DNA of 64,000 nucleotides from Desulfurococcales archaeon (GTDB taxonomy: Archaea; Thermoproteota; Thermoprotei_A; Sulfolobales; NBVN01). Below are positions 59,476 to 64,000 of this stretch, piece after piece. The notes under the pieces were generated by a model that had not been told where the DNA came from, did not search any database, and worked only from the letters and a program-made list of their open reading frames with translations. A program made the translations under genes and the position numbers. The stretch covers positions 155 through 64,154 of the forward strand of contig JAGDWE010000055.1 of assembly GCA_023255965.1 (NCBI GenBank), read 5' to 3'. The stretch's first letter is position 1. The number at the start of each line of letters is the position of its first letter.

Positions 59476-60186
59476 TTACTTAAGTAATTGATCTTTATTA
59501 ACGTATTTAGTGAGGTCTTCAGACCCTTTAACGCCTTTACCATATGATGAGGTAATTATCTTTATGATCTTATTAGCTTTATCCTCGCTAATTCCCTCAA
59601 CTCTAATTAATTCGCTATATGATGCATTAAATACCCCTCTAACGCTACCGAACTTACTAAGTAGTTTGTGAGCTAATTTAGGGCCTATACCAGGTAATGA
59701 CTGGACTATAAATAACTGCCATTCCCGTGTATCATCGCGTTTCGGCTTAGCAACCTTATTATAACTGATCCCCCTACCTAAGTCCTCAGTACTTAATTTT
59801 TCAGCAATATACTTTATAACCTCAGCTGTATGCCTATAGTCATTAGTGTAGTAAGTCGCTAAATCATATCTGATGATAGCGGTCAGCAATGCTGCTTCAA
59901 TCGCTTTCCATTTACTGGTTAATAATCTGACATCGTTTAAATTTCCTTCAACTATTAGAACCGGCTTCTCGGCGTATTCGATTAGCCGTGAAACCTGATC
60001 GAAGAACCTACCATCAAATACCGAATGAACGAGATCGTCGAGCCTCTTACGCTCAATCACCACGAACTCATTAACTATGTAGTCGCCTACGTCGAGCATC
60101 TTGTAAATAACGGTCAAACCTAATCCGGATAAGATATCAGGTATTCCTGAGGCCTTCTCCCTTTCATCAACATATACTTTAACCAT
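59476..60186 (-). CDS. xpf: XPF/ERCC4-type structure-specific endonuclease (short crenarchaeal form)
   Basis: ERCC4 motif VGDYIV...VIERKRLDDL and C-terminal (HhH)2 LPGIGPKLAHKLL. Confidence 0.88.
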   Translation of the reverse strand: MVKVYVDEREKASGIPDILSGLGLTVIYKMLDVGDYIVNEFVVIERKRLDDLVHSVFDGRFFDQVSRLIEYAEKPVLIVEGNLNDVRLLTSKWKAIEAALLTAIIRYDLATYYTNDYRHTAEVIKYIAEKLSTEDLGRGISYNKVAKPKRDDTREWQLFIVQSLPGIGPKLAHKLLSKFGSVRGVFNASYSELIRVEGISEDKANKIIKIITSSYGKGVKGSEDLTKYVNKDQLLK

Positions 60187-61214
60187 TATGATCTACACTC
60201 CAGCATCCATCTACCATTATCTACTACAGTAAAATCTCCTACTAAATTATTAATGTACTCCATTATTGCTTTAAATACTTCATTAATTGATTTACAGTAA
60301 ACATATGCGCCGCCAGCTAGTGAATGTCCCCCGCCAGAACCACCTAACTTGCTGGCAAGATACTGGGCTAACTCGCCGCCTACGGGTCTACATAAATTCC
60401 TGGTCAATAATTCGCTAGCCCTTATCGTGACTCTGAATCCATCATCCCTACATGCAATAGCTATACCTAAATCAGCTCCATTCTCTATTAAAACCCTTAG
60501 TAAGTTACCTTCAAAAGCGCCGATACATGTTATTGCTACTACGTATTCACCGGCCTTGTAAATCCCTAGCCGCGACATACCCTTTAAACGTGCAATTTTC
60601 TCTGAGTATGTCATGGAATTCCTTTTACTTAGTAGATTCCTAGCCGCTAGGTAATCCCCCCTCAACCTAATTAGCTTAGACATTATATCAAAGGTTACTT
60701 CATCAGCTAACATTAAAAACCTGCTATCATATAGTATACCTCCAATCAATAAGGTTATGTATTTACTGCTAATATTTACATTAAGATCTAATAATATCTG
60801 AGCTACAATTTCAGACGTCGCCTTCCTCGTAGGGTCATAAATGGATGCTAATGCGTAATTAACTAAAGAATTAACCTCATGATGATCCACCAATATGTAT
60901 CGATTAATTGAGTTGCTGTATCCCCCTAGTTGCTCTTTAGATGCAATATCAACTAATATATAGTGATCGCATTTAACATCATCGCTGCACCGATTAAAGG
61001 TAACGTCGATGTTTAAAGACTCTAAAAAGTGCTTAGACGTACTATCCATCCCCTCCGGTAATAAGATGCATGACTTAGAATTACTTATTCTGCGAATTAC
61101 CTCGCTAAGAACCAAGGCCGAGGCAATAGCATCTAAGTCAGCATTCCTATGGGTCACTATACAATATATGTTATTATTTGTAACTAATCTAAGAAAGTCG
61201 CTTAGGTTATACAT
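60186..61214 (-). CDS. DHH-family phosphoesterase (NrnA/RecJ-like)
   Basis: Motif I HRNADLDAIAS, motif III VDHH, and a DHHA1-like GGGH near the C-terminus. Confidence 0.8.
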   Translation of the reverse strand: MYNLSDFLRLVTNNNIYCIVTHRNADLDAIASALVLSEVIRRISNSKSCILLPEGMDSTSKHFLESLNIDVTFNRCSDDVKCDHYILVDIASKEQLGGYSNSINRYILVDHHEVNSLVNYALASIYDPTRKATSEIVAQILLDLNVNISSKYITLLIGGILYDSRFLMLADEVTFDIMSKLIRLRGDYLAARNLLSKRNSMTYSEKIARLKGMSRLGIYKAGEYVVAITCIGAFEGNLLRVLIENGADLGIAIACRDDGFRVTIRASELLTRNLCRPVGGELAQYLASKLGGSGGGHSLAGGAYVYCKSINEVFKAIMEYINNLVGDFTVVDNGRWMLECRS

Positions 61215-61539
61215 GGTTAGAGCCGACTTTAACCAATGAACGCTCTATAAAGTTGAACACCTCATCAATTACGCCATCTATAATGCCTTTATACCCGGAG
61301 TTTAAAGGCGTTGATGACCTTAACTCCACCATGACCTTGAACTTTAGCGTATTCGACGATTTTTCAAAATATACTGCAGTATTGAAGTCGATGGCCCTTC
61401 TGGTTGGTAATCTTTCTCTAAGCATAGCTTCCATTAAGTTGGAGGCCTTAATCGCGATATCCTCTACCACCGAATAATTAAGCTCGTTAAGGTTTAACCC
61501 GAGATGGATGACGTGCTCGCGGCGATGCTTCCTCATCAT
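61207..61539 (-). CDS. Hypothetical protein (110 aa), co-oriented and overlapping with prefoldin beta and DHH genes
   Basis: ORF with 4-8 nt overlaps on both sides, suggesting operon membership. No motif recognised. Confidence 0.45.
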   Translation of the reverse strand: MMRKHRREHVIHLGLNLNELNYSVVEDIAIKASNLMEAMLRERLPTRRAIDFNTAVYFEKSSNTLKFKVMVELRSSTPLNSGYKGIIDGVIDEVFNFIERSLVKVGSNHV

Positions 61540-61919
61540 GCCTTAGCCTGCTTACCGTAAATCCTAGATAGGTACTCATTAACCTTATTCTGAACCTCAC
61601 TTAATTGGCCCCTAAGTAGCTGCTCCTGCTTTTCTATGCTCTTAAGCCTTAATTCGAGGATCTCCTTCCTGTCATTTAATTCCTTAATGGCATCATCCCT
61701 CTTTACCTTAACCATTACATGACCTACGTTCTTAAATACCACGCCATCAGGCTCTATGCTATTGAGTGCCTCTAAAGCCCTGTTGATTTCAGATAGCTCT
61801 GAAATTATTAAGTTCTTTTCAGTAATTACCTGACCTAGCTGATTCTGAAGCTGTTGATACCTCACTAATGCTTGCTGGATTTCCGGAGGCAACTTCTCAG
61901 TGACCGACATACATATCAC
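61536..61919 (-). CDS. pfdB: Prefoldin beta subunit
   Basis: Coiled coil, beta hairpin, coiled coil layout (LPPEIQQALVRYQQLQNQL...VFKNVGHVMVKV...); about 125 aa. Confidence 0.85.
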   Translation of the reverse strand: MICMSVTEKLPPEIQQALVRYQQLQNQLGQVITEKNLIISELSEINRALEALNSIEPDGVVFKNVGHVMVKVKRDDAIKELNDRKEILELRLKSIEKQEQLLRGQLSEVQNKVNEYLSRIYGKQAKA

Positions 61920-62020
61920 CTATTATACATTTTACTCATCAAATAGAGCTTATATAAACTTAAGGTTCTTAAATGCCATACGTGTTTGATAAGATTTAAA
62001 TTCCTAACCTCATACCTTAA

Positions 62021-62740
62021 TTGGGTTGGTTAATGTCCTTAACTCCAAGAAGCATAATTGAGGGCGTATTAAAGGAAGGTAGGAATAGATTATATGACCA
62101 CGAAGCATTTAAGCTACTAGAGATATGTGGCTTCCCAACGCCTAAGACAGCCGTTGCTAAGAGTGTTGAGGACGCTATTTCAATAGCTGACTCAATAGGT
62201 TATCCAGTCGTATTAAAGGTATTGAGCCCCCAAGTTATACATAAATCTGACGTTGGAGGTGTATTGCTGAACATAAGGTCCCCCGAAGAGGTGCGTGAGG
62301 GATTTAATAAAATATTAAATAGCGTTAAGAACCACATACCTACAGCTGAGATTTACGGCATACTAGTGCAGGAAATGCTACCTAGTGGTTTAGAAACTAT
62401 CATAGGATCTACTAGGGACCCCATTTTCGGCCCAGTTATGGTTTTCGGTCTAGGAGGGGTGTTTGTCGAAGTATTAAGAGATGTTAGCTTCAGGATAGCT
62501 CCAGTCGAGTATGAGGAAGCCTTAGAGATGATTAAGGAAGTTAGGAGCAGTAAGATATTAGCAGGTTTCAGAGGTAGCCCAGCGAGAGATGTAAAAGCCT
62601 TAGCAGATATCATTGTTAAGCTATCTAAAATAATGGTCGAAATCCCTGAGATTAAGGAAGTCGACTTAAACCCGGTAATAGTGTATGAAGAGGGAAAAGG
62701 CGCTAAGATAGCTGACGCGAGATTCATCATCTCAAAGTAG
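62021..62740 (+). CDS. ADP-forming acetyl-CoA synthetase beta subunit (ATP-grasp domain)
   Basis: EAFKLLEICGFPTPK...GYPVVLKVLSPQVIHKSDVGGV, typical of the ACD beta/ATP-grasp_5 family; 239 aa. Confidence 0.8.
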   Translation: MGWLMSLTPRSIIEGVLKEGRNRLYDHEAFKLLEICGFPTPKTAVAKSVEDAISIADSIGYPVVLKVLSPQVIHKSDVGGVLLNIRSPEEVREGFNKILNSVKNHIPTAEIYGILVQEMLPSGLETIIGSTRDPIFGPVMVFGLGGVFVEVLRDVSFRIAPVEYEEALEMIKEVRSSKILAGFRGSPARDVKALADIIVKLSKIMVEIPEIKEVDLNPVIVYEEGKGAKIADARFIISK

Positions 62741-62775
62741 AAGTTATAAGATGAAATAAAACATAATATTTTTAT

Positions 62776-62806
62776 AACTGAAAGCCCCGCCCTTTAGGGC
62801 GGGGAG
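62776..62806 (-). repeat. GC hairpin repeat, perfect copy 2
   Basis: A 31-mer identical to 40601-40631, lying between the convergent acdB-like and Pcc1-like genes. Confidence 0.9.
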
Positions 62807-63048
62807 GGGGTTAGAAAATTAATTGCGTCATTAACTAGCTTCATCATTCTTAAAGTTGAATTAACCACGGCCCTTACTGAGTTTAGGTCTTTAGCATCAA
62901 TGGATATGATTAGTGAATTACTTGATTTAATAACCTTCATCCTAATCGACTTAGCCTTTAGCTCCTCTTCAGGCTTTAGCGATCTATATATAGTCTCTAA
63001 TGTTAAGCCACTAACGTCGTATACCTTAATTAAGGTCCTACACCTCAT
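62794..63048 (-). CDS. Putative KEOPS subunit Pcc1
   Basis: 84 aa, with a pattern like the Pcc1/CTAG family (ISIDAKDLNSVRAVVNSTLRMMKL). Position after the Brix gene is as in other archaea. The last codons lie in the GC hairpin repeat. Confidence 0.55.
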   Translation of the reverse strand: MRCRTLIKVYDVSGLTLETIYRSLKPEEELKAKSIRMKVIKSSNSLIISIDAKDLNSVRAVVNSTLRMMKLVNDAINFLTPSPP

Positions 63049-63586
63049 ATTTGATGACCTTCTCGATAGTTAATTGAGGACCGCATATCCTATTGCTACC
63101 CAGGCATATAAACCTTACATTAATACATTGCCCGTCCACGTCTGGATTAACTTCTACTTTAATACACTCCAACGAGTTTGATAATCCGCTGCTTCCGTAG
63201 CACGTTGCATCGAACATCTCAGTAAACGCCTCCAGCAGCTCAGTTAATGCCGTGTTACAGTCTATAATTAAACATGAAACATTAATCGGTCTTTGCGAGC
63301 CAGTAACTTCCCGCCGTAACCTTAGTGATCTGAGCTTAACTAGGAATCTTCTCTTGAGCTCGTTTCCTTTATCCACGTAGTAAAGAAGCGCTGATGGATT
63401 CCCCTTCCTCTCATATACTATTATTATGCCATTTAATCTGTAACTCAGCATTAATGCCCTTAAATCTTCTAAAGTTGCCTTACCTCTATTAACCTTAATT
63501 GATTTAGGTATCACTAAAGCTAAATCCTTAACTAAGCTCCTAGTCCTCCTTGACGGGTCCCTAGAAGTGGTTATTATTACAGGCAT
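63038..63586 (-). CDS. Brix-domain (Imp4-like) ribosome biogenesis protein
   Basis: N-terminal IITTSRDPSRRTRSLVKDL and Brix-like size. Conserved position after rpl37ae. Confidence 0.8.
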   Translation of the reverse strand: MPVIITTSRDPSRRTRSLVKDLALVIPKSIKVNRGKATLEDLRALMLSYRLNGIIIVYERKGNPSALLYYVDKGNELKRRFLVKLRSLRLRREVTGSQRPINVSCLIIDCNTALTELLEAFTEMFDATCYGSSGLSNSLECIKVEVNPDVDGQCINVRFICLGSNRICGPQLTIEKVIKYEV

Positions 63587-63612
63587 TACTCTCTCTAAAC
63601 ATCATATAAACT

Positions 63613-63846
63613 TTATGTAGTTAACGGCTGGTAAGCCCCTCCAGCATAAATTCTACTACACTTAGGACAACGCCATATTCCCGTTGAAATCCTCTCCATA
63701 CGTACCTTAAAACCGCAAAGCGGGCATTCATATGCCTGATATCTTCTAACTACTACATCCTTCCATTTAGCCCTTAACGATGATCCATAACGTGGACCAA
63801 ACCTACCGGCAATCCCTACAACCTTAGTCCTTCCCGTAAACATCAC
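63613..63846 (-). CDS. rpl37ae: Ribosomal protein L37Ae (eL43)
   Basis: GRFGPRYGSSLR motif and zinc ribbon CPLCG...CPKC. Confidence 0.93.
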   Translation of the reverse strand: MMFTGRTKVVGIAGRFGPRYGSSLRAKWKDVVVRRYQAYECPLCGFKVRMERISTGIWRCPKCSRIYAGGAYQPLTT

Positions 63847-63921
63847 CTAACCAACATAGTAGTAATGGGTTTATAAATATTTGTTAATCCATGAACTAGC
63901 TTCATATTAAGGCAACCGTCA

Positions 63922-64000
63922 TTAGGTACTGTCAGCACTTATCATCAAACAGAAATAGGTAGCAGAGCTCACAAGCGTTTCTCCTCTCACGGTACTTCTA
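63922..64000 (-). CDS. Possible 3' end of an upstream gene (partial, unknown product)
   Basis: One minus-strand frame is open from the window edge to TAA at 63924..63922 (…RSTVRGETLVSSATYFCLMISADST*). It is too short to identify. Confidence 0.2.
   Translation of the reverse strand, partial: RSTVRGETLVSSATYFCLMISADST

Overview
This is a 64-kb, gene-dense chromosomal segment of an archaeon, with about 66 CDS and 1 tRNA. Marker genes include a short ERCC4/XPF nuclease, archaeal type II GAPDH, NAC, prefoldin beta, an L37Ae-Brix-Pcc1 cluster, aEF-2, a KH-less beta-CASP RNase and a membrane H+-PPase. Together with roughly 40% GC and sharply GC-rich intergenic islands, they suggest a hyperthermophilic crenarchaeon, possibly Thermoproteales-like (inference only, no search possible). 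Coding content is almost all core metabolism and information processing: leuA-ilvB-ilvN-ilvC, argG-argH-carA-carB, a four-subunit 2-oxoacid:ferredoxin oxidoreductase, moaA/moaC, cysS, tyrS, thiI, hppA and a P-type ATPase. By eye I saw no CRISPR array, transposase, integrase, rRNA or obvious defence island. The unusual signals are mostly non-coding. (1) A 72-bp inverted repeat (66 bp perfect) brackets the whole aEF-2 gene. (2) A dispersed family of GC-rich hairpin repeats of about 30-40 nt has at least 10 copies, all intergenic or at gene ends. (3) Several GC-rich spacers of 200-640 bp share sequence modules and look like structured RNAs or decayed MITE-like elements. There are also three coding anomalies: a superoxide reductase whose Cys/His ligands lie in the +1 frame, a moaA whose radical-SAM cluster lies upstream of any ATG/GTG/TTG, and an RHH gene that seems to start at CTG. 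No function for the repeats could be established from sequence alone.
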